DNA of 64,000 nt from Eledone cirrhosa. Taxonomy: Eukaryota. The notes under the pieces are model-generated. The model was not told where the DNA came from and ran no database searches. It saw only the letters and a program-made list of their open reading frames with translations. Location: assembly GCA_964016885.1 (NCBI GenBank), contig OZ024740.1, positions 137,950,001 through 138,014,000 on the forward strand. Reading direction: 5' to 3'. A program made the translations under genes and the position numbers. Of this stretch, positions 1 through 13,300 are shown one piece after another. Within the stretch, counting starts at the first letter, position 1, and each line of letters starts with the position of its first letter.

Positions 1-2110
1 TTTCTCTTAGCACTTTTCTCTCAATCTCCAATTATCCCTTTCTCTTATCACTTTTCTCTCAATCTCCAATTCTCTCTTTCTCTTCTCACTTTTCCCCCAA
101 TATCCAATTCTCTCTTTCTCTTCACACTTTTCCCCCAATCGCCAATTCTCTCTTTCTCTCATCAATTTTCTCTATATCTCCAATTCTCTCTTCCTCTTAT
201 CATTTTTCTCTTAATCTCCAATTCTCTCTTTCTCTTCTCACTTTTCCCCCAATCTCTAATTCTCTCTTTCTCTTATCACTTTTCTCTCAATCTCCAATTC
301 TCTCTTTCTTTCATCACTTTTCTCTCAATCTCCAATTCTCTCTTTCTCTTATCACTTTTCTCTCAATCTCCAATTCTCTCTTTCTCTTATCACTTTTCTC
401 TCAATATCTAATTCTCTCTTTCTCTTATCACTTTTCTGCCAATCTCCAATGCTCTCTTTCTCTTATCACTTTACTCTCAATCTCCAATTCTCTCTTTCTC
501 TTATCACTTTTCTCTCAATTTCCAATTCTCTGTTTTTCTTATCACTTTTCTCTCAATCTCTAATTCTCTCTTTCTCTTATCAATTTTCTCTCAATCTCCA
601 ATTCTTTCTTTCCCTAATCACTTTTCTCTCAATCTCCAATTCTCTCTTTCTCCTCTCACTTATCCCCCAATCTCCAATTCTCTCTCTTTCTCTTATCACT
701 TTTCTCTCAATCTCCAATTCTCTCTTTCTCTTCTCACTTTTCCCCCAATCTCCAATTCTCTCTTCCTCTTATCATTTTTCTCTCAATCTCCAATTCTCTC
801 TTTCTCTTATCACTTTTCTCTCAATCTCCAATTCTCTATTTCTCTAATCACTTTTCCCCCAATCTCCAATTCTCTCTTTCTCTTATCACTTTTCTATCAA
901 TCTCCAATTCTTTCTTTCTCTTATTACTTTTCTTTCAATTTCTAATTCTCTCTTTCTCTTTTCACTTTTCTTTCAATCTCCAATACTCTCTTTGTCTTAT
1001 CACTTTTCTCTCAATCTCCAATTATCTCTTTCTCCTCTCACTTTTCCCCCAATCTCCAATTCTCTCTCTTTCTCTTGTCACTTTTCTCTCAATCTCCAAT
1101 TCTCTCTTTCTCTTCACACTTTTCCCCCAATCTCCAATTCTCTCTTTCTCTCATCAATTTTCTCTATATCTCCAATTCTCTCTTCCTCTTATCATTTTTC
1201 TCTTAATCTCCAATTCTGTCTTTCTCTTCTCACTTTTCCCCCAATCTCCAATTCTCTCTTTCTCTTCTCACTTTTCCCCCAATCTCCAATTCTCTCTTTC
1301 TCTCATCACTTTTCTCTCAATCTCCAATTCTCTCTTTCTCTTATCACTTTTCTCAAAATCTCCAATTCTATCTTTCTCTTCTCACTTTTCTCTCAATCTC
1401 CAATCCTCTCTTTCTGTTATCACTTTTCTCTCCATCTCCAATTATCTCTTTCTCTTATCACTTTTCTCTCAATCTCCAATTCTCTCTTTCTCTTATGACT
1501 TTTCTGCCAATCTCCAATTCTCTCTTTCTCTTATCACTTTACTCTCAATCTCCAATTCTCTCTTTCTCTTATAACTTTTGTCTCAATTTCCAATTCTCTC
1601 TTTCTCTTATCACTTTTCTCTCAATCTCCAATTCTTTCTTTCTCTAATCACTTTTCTCTCAATCTCCAATTCTCTCTTTCTCTTATCACTTTTCTCCCAA
1701 TCTACAATTCTCTCTTTCTCTTATCACTTTTTCTCTCAATCTCCAATTCTCTCTTTCTCATATCACTTTTTTCTCAATCTCCAATTCTCTCTTTCTCTTA
1801 TCACTTTTCTCTCAATCTCCAATTCTCTATTTCTCTTATCACTTTTCCCCCAATCTCCGATTCTCTCTTTCTCTTATCACTTTTCTCTCAATCTCCAATT
1901 CTTTCTTTCTCTTATTACTTTTCTCTCAATTTCTAATTCTCTCTTTCTCTTTTCACTTTTCTTTCAATCTCCAATTCTCTCTTTGTCTTATCACTTTTCT
2001 CTCAATCTCCAATTATCTCTTTCTCCTCTCACTTCTCCCCCAATCTCCAATTCTCTCTCTTTCTCTTATCACTTTTCTCTCAATCTCCAATTCTCTCTTT
2101 CTCTTCACAC
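1..2110. repeat. Upstream copy of the same block (offset 3277-3315 bp to the 3.3-4.8 kb copy, 5562 bp to the 6.0-7.7 kb copy)
   Basis: CCAATGCTC at G 451 vs 3766 (+3315). CTCCGATT at G 1859 vs 7421 (+5562). ATAACTTTTGTCTC at about 1571 and 7133. ORFs 449/3764, 992/4307 and 1578/7140 share these offsets. Confidence 0.88.
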
Positions 2111-2450
2111 TTTTCCCCCAATCTCCAATTCTCTCTTTCTCTTATCAATTTTCTCTCAATCTCCAATTTATTCTTTCTCTAATCACTTTTTCTCTCAATC
2201 TCCAATTCTCTCTTTCTCTTATCACTTTTCCCCAATCTACAATTCTCTCTTTCTCTTATCACTTTTTCTCTCAATCTCCAATTATCTCTTTCTCATATCA
2301 CTTTTTTCTCAATCTCCAATACTCTCTTTCTCTTATCACTTTTCTCTTAATCGCCAATTCTCTCTTTCTATTCTCACTTTTCCCCCAATCTACAATTCTC
2401 TCTTTCTCTTCTCACTTTTCCCCCAATCTCCAATTCTCTCTTTCTCTCAT

Positions 2451-5400
2451 CACTTTTCTCTCAATCTCCAATCCTCTCTTTCTGTTATCACTTTTCTCTC
2501 AATCTCCAATTATCTCTTTCTCTTATCACTTTTCTCTCAATTTCCAATTCTCTCTTTCTCTTATCACTTTTCTCTCAATCTCTAATTCTCTCTTTCTCTT
2601 ATCAATTTTCTCTCAATCTCCAATTCTTTCTTTCTCTAATCAATTTTCTCTCAATCTCCAATTCTCTCTTTCTCTTATCACTTTTCCCCCAATCTACAAT
2701 TCTCTCTTTCTCTTATCACTTTTTCTCTCAATCTCCAATTCTCTCTTTCTCATATCACTTTTTTCTCAATCTCTAATTCTCTCTTTCTCTTATCACTTTT
2801 CACTCAATCTCCAATTCTCTCTTTCTCTTATCACTTTTCCGCCAATCTCCAATTCTCTCTTTCTATTATCACTTTTCTCACCATCTCCAATACTCTCTTT
2901 CTCTTATCAATTTTCTCTCAATCTCCAATTCTTTCTTTCTCTTATCACTTTTCTCTCAATCTCCAATTCTTTCTTTCTCTTATCACTTTTCTCTCAATCT
3001 CCCATTCTGTGTTTCTCTTATCACTTTTCCCCCAATCTCCAATTCTCTCTTTCTTATATCACTTTTCTCTCAATCTCCAAATCTCTCTATCTCTTATCAG
3101 TTTTCTCTCAATCTCCAATTCTCTCTTTCTCTTATCACTTTTCTCTCAATCTCCAATTCTCTCTTTCTCTTATCACTTTTCCTCCAATATCCAATTCTCT
3201 CTTTCTCTTATCACTTTTCTCTCTATCTCCAATTCTCTCTTTCTCTTATCACTTTTCTCTCAATCTCCAATTCTCTCTTTCTCTTATCACTTTTCTCTCA
3301 ATCTCCAATTATCCCTTTCTCTTATCACTTTTCTCTCAATCTCCAATTCTCTCTTTCTCTTCTCACTTTTCCCCCAATATCCAATTCTCTCTTTCTCTTC
3401 ACACTTTTCCCCCAATCGCCAATTCTCTCTTTCTCTCATCAATTTTCTCTATATCTCCAATTCTCTCTTCCTCTTATCATTTTTCTCTTAATCTCCAATT
3501 CTCTCTTTCTCTTCTCACTTTTCCCCCAATCTCTAATTCTCTCTTTCTCTTATCACTTTTCTCTCAATCTCCAATTCTCTCTTTCTTTCATCACTTTTCT
3601 CTCAATCTCCAATTCTCTCTTTCTCTTATCACTTTTCTCTCAATCTCCAATTCTCTCTTTCTCTTATCACTTTTCTCTCAATATCTAATTCTCTCTTTCT
3701 CTTATCACTTTTCTCTCAATCTCCAATTCTCTCTTTCTCTTATCACTTTTCTGCCAATCTCCAATGCTCTCTTTCTCTTATCACTTTACTCTCAATCTCC
3801 AATTCTCTCTTTCTCTTATCACTTTTCTCTCAATTTCCAATTCTCTCTTTTTCTTATCACTTTTCTCTCAATCTCTAATTCTCTCTTTCTCTTATCAATT
3901 TTCTCTCAATCTCCAATTCTTTCTTTCCCTAATCACTTTTCTCTCAATCTCCAATTCTCTCTTTCTCCTCTCACTTATCCCCCAATCTCCAATTCTCTCT
4001 CTTTCTCTTATCACTTTTCTCTCAATCTCCAATTCTCTCTTTCTCTTCTCACTTTTCCCCCAATCTCCAATTCTCTCTTCCTCTTATCATTTTTCTCTCA
4101 ATCTCCAATTCTCTCTTTCTCTTATCACTTTTCTCTCAATCTCCAATTCTCTATTTCTCTAATCACTTTTCCCCCAATCTCCAATTCTCTCTTTCTCTTA
4201 TCACTTTTCTATCAATCTCCAATTCTTTCTTTCTCTTATTACTTTTCTCTCAATTTCTAATTCTCTCTTTCTCTTTTCACTTTTCTTTCAATCTCCAATA
4301 CTCTCTTTGTCTTATCACTTTTCTCTCAATCTCCAATTATCTCTTTCTCCTCTCACTTTTCCCCCAATCTCCAATTCTCTCTCTTTCTCTTGTCACTTTT
4401 CTCTCAATCTCCAATTCTCTCTTTCTCTTCACACTTTTCCCCCAATCTCCAATTCTCTCTTTCTCTCATCAATTTTCTCTATATCTCCAATTCTCTCTTC
4501 CTCTTATCATTTTTCTCTTAATCTCCAATTCTGTCTTTCTCTTCTCACTTTTCCCCCAATCTCCAATTCTCTCTTTCTCTTCTCACTTTTCCCCCAATCT
4601 CCAATTCTCTCTTTCTCTCATCACTTTTCTCTCAATCTCCAATTCTCTCTTTCTCTTATCACTTTTCTCAAAATCTCCAATTCTATCTTTCTCTTCTCAC
4701 TTTTCTCTCAATCTCCAATCCTCTCTTTCTGTTATCACTTTTCTCTCAATCTCCAATTATCTCTTTCTCTTATCACTTTTCTCTCAATTTCCAATTCTCT
4801 CTTTCTCTTATCACTTTTCTCTCAATCTCTAATTCTCTCTTTCTCTTATCAATTTTCTCTCAATCTCCAATTCTTTCTTTCTCTAATCAATTTTCTCTCA
4901 ATCTCCAATTCTCTCTTTCTCTTATCACTTTTCCCCCAATCTACAATTCTCTCTTTCTCTTATCACTTTTTCTCTCAATCTCCAATTCTCTCTTTCTCAT
5001 ATCACTTTTTTCTCAATCTCCAATTCTCTCTTTCTCTTATCACTTTTCACTCAATCTCCAATTCTCTCTTTCTCTTATCACTTTTCCCCCAATCTCCAAT
5101 TCTCTCTTTCTATTATCACTTTTCTCACCATCTCCAATACTCTCTTTCTCTTATCAATTTTCTCTCAATCTCCAATTCTTTCTTTCTCTTATCACTTTTC
5201 TCTCAATCTCCAATTCTTTCTTTCTCTTATCACTTTTCTCTCAATCTCCCATTCTGTGTTTCTCTTATCACTTTTCCCCCAATCTCCAATTCTCTCTTTC
5301 TTATATCACTTTTCTCTCAATCTCCAATTCTCTCTATCTCTTATCAGTTTTCTCTCAATCTCCAATTCTCTCTTTCTCTTATCACTTTTCTCTCAATCTC

Positions 5401-7035
5401 CAATTCTCTCTATCTCTTATCACTTTTCCTCCAATATCCAATTCTCTCTTTCTCTTATCACTTTTCTCTCTATCTCCAATTCTCTCTTTCTCTTATCACT
5501 TTTCTCTCAATCTCCAATTCTCTCTTTCTCTTATCACTTTTCTCTCAATCTCCAATTATCCCTTTCTCTTATCACTTTTCTCTCAATCTCCAATTCTCTC
5601 TTTCTCTTCTCACTTTTCCCCCAATATCCAATTCTCTCTTTCTCTTCACACTTTTCCCCCAATCGCCAATTCTCTCTTTCTCTCATCAATTTTCTCTATA
5701 TCTCCAATTCTCTCTTCCTCTTATCATTTTTCTCTTAATCTCCAATTCTCTCTTTCTCTTCTCACTTTTCCCCCAATCTCTAATTCTCTCTTTCTCTTAT
5801 CACTTTTCTCTCAATCTCCAATTCTCTCTTTCTTTCATCACTTTTCTCTCAATCTCCAATTCTCTCTTTCTCTTATCACTTTTCTCTCAATCTCCAATTC
5901 TCTCTTTCTCTTATCACTTTTCTCTCAATATCTAATTCTCTCTTTCTCTTATCACTTTTCTCTCAATCTCCAATTCTCTCTTTCTCTTATCACTTTTCTG
6001 CCAATCTCCAATGCTCTCTTTCTCTTATCACTTTACTCTCAATCTCCAATTCTCTCTTTCTCTTATCACTTTTCTCTCAATTTCCAATTCTCTCTTTTTC
6101 TTATCACTTTTCTCTCAATCTCTAATTCTCTCTTTCTCTTATCAATTTTCTCTCAATCTCCAATTCTTTCTTTCCCTAATCACTTTTCTCTCAATCTCCA
6201 ATTCTCTCTTTCTCCTCTCACTTATCCCCCAATCTCCAATTCTCTCTCTTTCTCTTATCACTTTTCTCTCAATCTCCAATTCTCCCTTTCTCTTCTCACT
6301 TTTCCCCCAATCTCCAATTCTCTCTTCCTCTTATCATTTTTCTCTCAATCTCCAATTCTCTCTTTCTCTTATCACTTTTCTCTCAATCTCCAATTCTCTA
6401 TTTCTCTAATCACTTTTCCCCCAATCTCCAATTCTCTCTTTCTCTTATCACTTTTCTATCAATCTCCAATTCTTTCTTTCTCTTATTACTTTTCTCTCAA
6501 TTTCTAATTCTCTCTTTCTCTTTTCACTTTTCTTTCAATCTCCAATACTCTCTTTGTCTTATCACTTTTCTATCAATCTCCAATTATCTCTTTCTCCTCT
6601 CACTTTTCCCCCAATCTCCAATTCTCTCTCTTTCTCTTGTCACTTTTCTCTCAATCTCCAATTCTCTCTTTCTCTTCACACTTTTCCCCCAATCTCCAAT
6701 TCTCTCTTTCTCTCATCAATTTTCTCTATATCTCCAATTCTCTCTTCCTCTTATCATTTTTCTCTTAATCTCCAATTCTGTCTTTCTCTTCTCACTTTTC
6801 CCCCAATCTCCAATTCTCTCTTTCTCTTCTCACTTTTCCCCCAATCTCCAATTCTCTCTTTCTCTCATCACTTTTCTCTCAATCTCCAATTCTCTCTTTC
6901 TCTTATCACTTTTCTCAAAATCTCCAATTCTATCTTTCTCTTCTCACTTTTCTCTCAATCTCCAATCCTCTCTTTCTGTTATCACTTTTCTCTCAATCTC
7001 CAATTATCTCTTTCTCTTATCACTTTTCTCTCAAT
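2451..7035. repeat. Higher-order tandem duplication, period 2247 bp (about 59 monomers), 2 copies
   Basis: Private variants recur at +2247: CCAATGCTC (G 3766, 6013) and TCTGTTATC (G 2484, 4731, 6978). ORF pairs 3009/5256, 3764/6011 and 4307/6554 have the same offset. Confidence 0.92.
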
Positions 7036-10000
7036 CTCCAATTCTCTCTTTCTCTTATCACTTTTCTGCCAATCTCCAATTCTCTCTTTCTCTTATCACT
7101 TTACTCTCAATCTCCAATTCTCTCTTTCTCTTATAACTTTTGTCTCAATTTCCAATTCTCTCTTTCTCTTATCACTTTTCTCTCAATCTCCAATTCTTTC
7201 TTTCTCTAATCACTTTTCTCTCAATCTCCAATTCTCTCTTTCTCTTATCACTTTTCTCCCAATCTACAATTCTCTCTTTCTCTTATCACTTTTTCTCTCA
7301 ATCTCCAATTCTCTCTTTCTCATATCACTTTTTTCTCAATCTCCAATTCTCTCTTTCTCTTATCACTTTTCTCTCAATCTCCAATTCTCTATTTCTCTTA
7401 TCACTTTTCCCCCAATCTCCGATTCTCTCTTTCTCTTATCACTTTTCTCTCAATCTCCAATTCTTTCTTTCTCTTATTACTTTTCTCTCAATTTCTAATT
7501 CTCTCTTTCTCTTTTCACTTTTCTTTCAATCTCCAATTCTCTCTTTGTCTTATCACTTTTCTCTCAATCTCCAATTATCTCTTTCTCCTCTCACTTCTCC
7601 CCCAATCTCCAATTCTCTCTCTTTCTCTTATCACTTTTCTCTCAATCTCTAATTCTCTCTTTCTCTTCACACTTTTCCCCCAATCTCCAATTCTCTCTTT
7701 CTCTCATCAATTTTCTCTATATCTCCAATTCTCTCTTCCTCTTATCATTTTTCTCTTAATCTCCAATTCTCTCTTTCTCTTCTCACTTTTCCCCCAATCT
7801 CCAATTCTCTCTTTCTCTTCTCACTTTTCCCCCAATCTCCAATTCTCTCTTTCTCTCATCACTTTTCTCTCAATCTCCAATTCTCTCTTTCTCTTATCAC
7901 TTTTCTCTCAATCTCTAATTCTCTGTTTCTCTTATCAATTTTCTCTCAATCTCCAATTTTTTCTTTCTCTAATCACTTTTTCTCTCAATCTCCAATTCTC
8001 TCTTTCTCTTATCACTTTTCCCCCAATCTACAATTCTCTCTTTCTCTTATCACTTTTTCTCTCAATCTCCAATTATCTCTTTCTCATATCACTTTTTTCT
8101 CAATCTCCAATTCTCTCTTTCTCTTATCACTTTTCTCTCAATCTCCAATTCTCTCTTTCTCTTACCACTTTTCCCCCAATCTCCAATTCTCTCTTTCTCA
8201 TATCACTTTTCTCACGATCTCCAATACTCTCTTTCTCTTGTCAATTTTCTCTCAATCTCCAATTCTTTCTTTCTCTTATCACTTTTCTCTCAATCTCCAA
8301 TTCTTTCTTTCTCTTATCACTTTTCTCTCAATCTCCCATTCTGTCATTCTCTTATCACTTTTCTCTCAATCTCCAATTCTCTCTTTCTTTTCTCACTTTC
8401 CCCCAATCTCCAATTCTCTCTTTCTCTTCACACTTTTCCCCCAATCTGCAATTCTCTCTTTCTCTCATCAATTTTCTCTATATCTCCAATTCTCTCTTCC
8501 TCTTATCATTTTTCTCTCAATCTCCAATTCTCTCTTTCTCTTATCACTTTTCTCTCAATCTCCAATTCTCTATCCTCTCTTATCACTTTTCCCCCAATCT
8601 CCAATTCTCTCTTTCTCTTATCACTTTTCTCTCAATCTCCAATTATTTCTTTCTCTTATTACTTTTCTCTCAATTTCTAATTCTCTCTTTCTCTTTTCAC
8701 TTTTCTTTCAATCTCCAATTCTCTCTTTGTCTTATCACTTTTCTCTCAATCTCCAATTATCTCTTTCTCCTCTCACTTTTCCCCAAATCTCCAATTCTCT
8801 CTCTTTCTCTTATCACTTTTCTCTCAATCTCCAATTCTCTCTTTCTCTTCACACTTTTCCCCCAATCTCCAATTCTCTCTTTCTCTCATCAATTTTCTCT
8901 ATATCTCCAATTCTCTCTTCCTCTTATCATTTTTCTCTTAATCGCCAATTCTCTCTTTCTCTTCTCACTTTTCCCCCAATCTACAATTCTCTCTTTCTCT
9001 TCTCACTATTCCCCCATCTCCAATTCTCTCTTTCTCTCATCACTTTTCTCTTAATATCTAATTCTCTCTTTCTCTTATCACTTTTCTCAAAATCTCCAAT
9101 TCTCTCTTTCTCTCATCACTTTTCTCTTAATCTCCAATTCTCTCTTTCTCTTATCACTTTTCTCAAAATCTCCAATTCTATCTTTCTCTTCTCACTTTTC
9201 TCTCAATCTCCAATCCTCTCTTTCTGTTATCACTTTTCTCTCAATCTCCAATTATCTCTTTCTCTTATCACTTTTCTCTCAATCTCCAATTCTCTCTTTC
9301 TCTTATCACTTTTCTGCCAATCTCCAATTCTCTCTTTCTCTTATCACTTTACTCTCAATCTCCAATTCTCTCTTTCTCTTATCACTTTTCTCTCAATTTC
9401 CAATTCTCTCTTTCTCTTATCACTTTTCTCTCAATTTCCAATTCTCTCTTTCTCTTATCACTTTTCATTCAATCTCTAATTCTCTCTTTCTCTTATCAAT
9501 TTTCTCTCAATCTCCAATTCTTTCTTTCTCTAATCACTTTTCTCTCAATCTCCAATTCTCTCTTTCTCTTATCACTTTTCTCTCAATTTCCAATTCTCTC
9601 TTTCTCTTATCACTTTTCATTCAATCTCTAATTCTCTCTTTCTCTTATCAATTTTCTCTCAATCTCCAATTCTTTCTTTCTCTAATCACTTTTCTCTCAA
9701 TCTCCAATTCTCTCTTTCTCTTATCACTTTTCTCTCAATCTCCAATTCTTTCTTTCTCTAATCACTTTTCCCCCAATCTCCAATTCTCTCTTTCTCTTAT
9801 CACTTTTCTCACAATCTCCAATACTCTCTTTCTCTTATCAATTTTCTCTCAATCTCCAATTCTTTCTTTCTCTTATCACTTTTCTCTCAATCTCCAATTC
9901 TCTCTTTCTCTTATCACTTTTCTCCCAATCTACAATTCTCTCTTTCTCTTATCACTTTTTCACTCAATCTCCAATTCTCTCTTTCTCATATCACTTTTTT

Positions 10001-10639
10001 CTCAATCTCCAATTCTCTCTTTCTCTTATCACTTTTCTCTCAATCTCCAATTCTCTATTTCTCTTATCACTTTTCCCCCAATCTCCAATTCTCTCTTTCT
10101 CTTATCACTTTTCTCTCAATCTCCAATTCTCTCTTTCTCTTATCACTTTTCCCCCAATCTCCAATTCTCTCTTTCTCTTATCACTTTTCTCACGATCTCC
10201 AATACTCTCTTTCTCTTATCAATTTTCTCTCAATCTCCAATTCTTTCTTTCTCTTATCACTTTTCTCTCAATCTCCAATTCTTTCTTTCTCTTATCACTT
10301 TTCTCTCAATCTCCCATTCTGTCTTTCTCTTATCACTTTTCCCCCAATCTCCAATTCTCTCTCTTTCTCTTATCACTTTTTTCTCAATCTCCAATTCTCT
10401 CTTTCTTTTCTCACTTTCCCCCAATCTCCAATTCTCTCTTTCTCTTCACACTTTTCCCCCAATCTGCAATTCTCTCTTTCTCTCATCAATTTTCTCTATA
10501 TCTCCAATTCTCTCTTCCTCTTATCATTTTTCTCTCAATCTCCAATTCTCTCTTTCTCTTATCACTTTTCTCTCAATCTCCAATTCTCTATCCTCTCTTA
10601 TCACTTTTCCCCCAATCTCCAATTCTCTCTTTCTCTTAT

Positions 10640-13300
10640 CACTTTTCTCTCAATCTCCAATTCTTTCTTTCTCTTATTACTTTTCTCTCAATTTCTAATT
10701 CTCTCTTTCTCTTTTCACTTTTCTTTCAATCTCCAATTCTCTCTTTGTCTTATCACTTTTCTCTCAATCTCCAATTATCTCTTTCTCCTCTCACTTTTCC
10801 CCCAATCTCCAATTCTCTCTCTTTCTCTTATCACTTTTCTCTCAATCTCCAATTCTCTCTTTCTCTTCAGACTTTTCCCCCAATCTCCAATTCTCTCTTT
10901 CTCTCATCAATTTTCTCTATATCTCCAATTCTCTCTTCCTCTTATCATTTTTTATCTTAATTGCCAATTCTCTCTTTCTCTTCTCACTTTTCCCCCAATC
11001 TACAATTCTCTCTTTCTCTTCTCACTTTTGCCCCAATCTCCAATTCTCTCTTTCTCTCATCACTTTTCTCTTAATCTCTAATTCTCTCTTTCTCTTATCA
11101 CTTTTCTCAAAATCTCCAATTCTCTCTTTCTCTCATCACTTTTCTCTTAATCTCCAATTCTCTCTTTCTCTTATCACTTTTCTCAAAATCTCCAATTCTA
11201 TCTTTCTCTTCTCACTTTTCTCTCAATCTCCAATCCTCTCTTTCTGTTATCACTTTTCTCTCAATCTCCAATTATCTCTTTCTCTTATCACTTTTCTCTC
11301 AATCTCCAATTCACTCTTTCTCTTGTCACTTTTCTGCCAATCTCCAATTCTCTTTTTCTCTTATCACTTTACTCTCAATTTCCAATTCTCTCTTTCTCTT
11401 ATCACTTTTCTCTCAATTTCCAATTCTCTCTTTCTCTTATCACTTTTCTCTCAATCTCTAATTCTCTCTTTCTCTTATCAATTTTCTCTCAATCTCCAAT
11501 TCTTTCTTTCTCTAATCACTTTTCTCTCAATCTCCAATTCTCTCTTTCTCTTATCACTTTTCCCCCAATCTACAATTCTCTCTTTCTCTTATCACTTTTT
11601 CTCTCGATCTCCAATTCTCTCTTTCTCATGTCACTTTTTTCTCAATCTCCAATTCTCTCTTTCTCTTATCACTTTTCACTCAATCTCCAATTCTCTCTTT
11701 CTCTTATCACTTTTCCCCCAATCTCCAATTCTCTCTTTCTCTTATCACTTTTCTCACAATCTCCAATACTCTCTTTCTCTTATCAATTTTCTCTCAATCT
11801 CCAATTCTTTCTTTCTCTTATCACTTTTCTCTCAATCTCCCATTCTGTCTTTCTCTTATCGCTTTTCCCCCAATCTCCAATTCTCTCTTTCTCATATCAC
11901 TTTTCTCTCAATCTCCAATTCTCTCTTTCTCTTATCAGTTTTCTCTCAATCTCCAATTCTCTCTTTCTCTTATCACTTTTCTCTCAATCTCCAATTCTCT
12001 CTTTCTCTTATCACTTTTCCTCCAATATCCAATTCTCTCTTTCTCTTATCACTTTTCCCCCAATCTACAATTCTCTCTTTCTCTTATCACTTTTCTCTCA
12101 ATCTCCAATTCTTTCTTTCTCTTATTACTTTTCTCTCAATTTCTAATTCTCTCTTTCTCTTTTCACTTTTCTTTCAATCTCCAATTCTCTCTTTGTCTTA
12201 TCACTTTTCTCTCAATCTCCAATTATCTCTTTCTCCTCTCACTTTTACCCCAATCTCCAATTCTCTCTCTTTCTCTTATCACTTTTCTCTCAATCTCCAA
12301 TTCTCTCTTTCTCTTCAGACTTTTCCCCCAATCTCCAATTCTCTCTTTCTTTCATCAATTTTCTCTATATCTCCAATTCTCTCTTCCTCTTATCATTTTT
12401 CTCTTAATCGCCAATTCTCTCTTTCTCTTCTCACTTTTCCCCCAATCTACAATTCTCTCTTTCTCTTCTCACTTTTGCCCCAATCTCCAATTCTCTCTTT
12501 CTCTCATCACTTTTCTCTTAATCTCTAATTCTCTCTTTCTCTTATCACTTTTCTCAAAATCTCCAATTCTCTCTTTCTCTCATCACTTTTCTCTTAATCT
12601 CCAATTCTCTCTTTCTCTTATCACTTTTCTCAAAATCTCCAATTCTATCTTTCTCTTCTCACTTTTCTCTCAATCTCCAATCCTCTCTTTCTGTTATCAC
12701 TTTTCTCTCAATCTCCAATTATCTCTTTCTCTTATCACTTTTCTCTCAATCTCCAATTCTCTCTTTCTCTTGTCACTTTTCTGCCAATCTCCAATTCTCT
12801 CTTTCTCTTATCACTTTACTCTCAATTTCCAATTCTCTCTTTCTCTTATCACTTTTCTCTCAATTTCCAATTCTCTCTTTCTCTTATCACTTTTCTCTCA
12901 ATTTCCAATTCTCTCTTTCTCTTATCACTTTTCTCTCAATCTCTAATTCTCTCTTTCTCTTATCAATTTTCTCTCAATCTCCAATTCTTTCTTGCTCTAA
13001 TCACTTTTCTCTCAATCTCCAATTCTCTCTTTCTCTTATCACTTTTCTCCCAATCTACAATTCTCTCTTTCTCTTATCACTTTTTCTCTCGATCTCCAAT
13101 TCTCTCTTTCTCATGTCACATTTTTCTCAATCTCCAATTCTCTCTTTCTCTTATCACTTTTCACTCAATCTCCAATTCTCTCTTTCTCTTATCACTTTTC
13201 CCCCAATCTCCAATTCTCTCTTTCTCTTATCACTTTTCTCACAATCTCCAATACTCTCTTTCTCTTATCAATTTTCTCTCAATCTCCAATTCTTTCTTTC
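10640..13300. repeat. Higher-order tandem duplication, period 1447-1485 bp (38-39 monomers), nearly 2 copies
   Basis: CTTCAGAC (G 10870/12318), TTTTGCCCC (G 11030/12477), CTTGTCAC (G 11325/12772) and CTCTCGATC (G 11606/13091, +1485 after a one-monomer gain). Confidence 0.88.
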
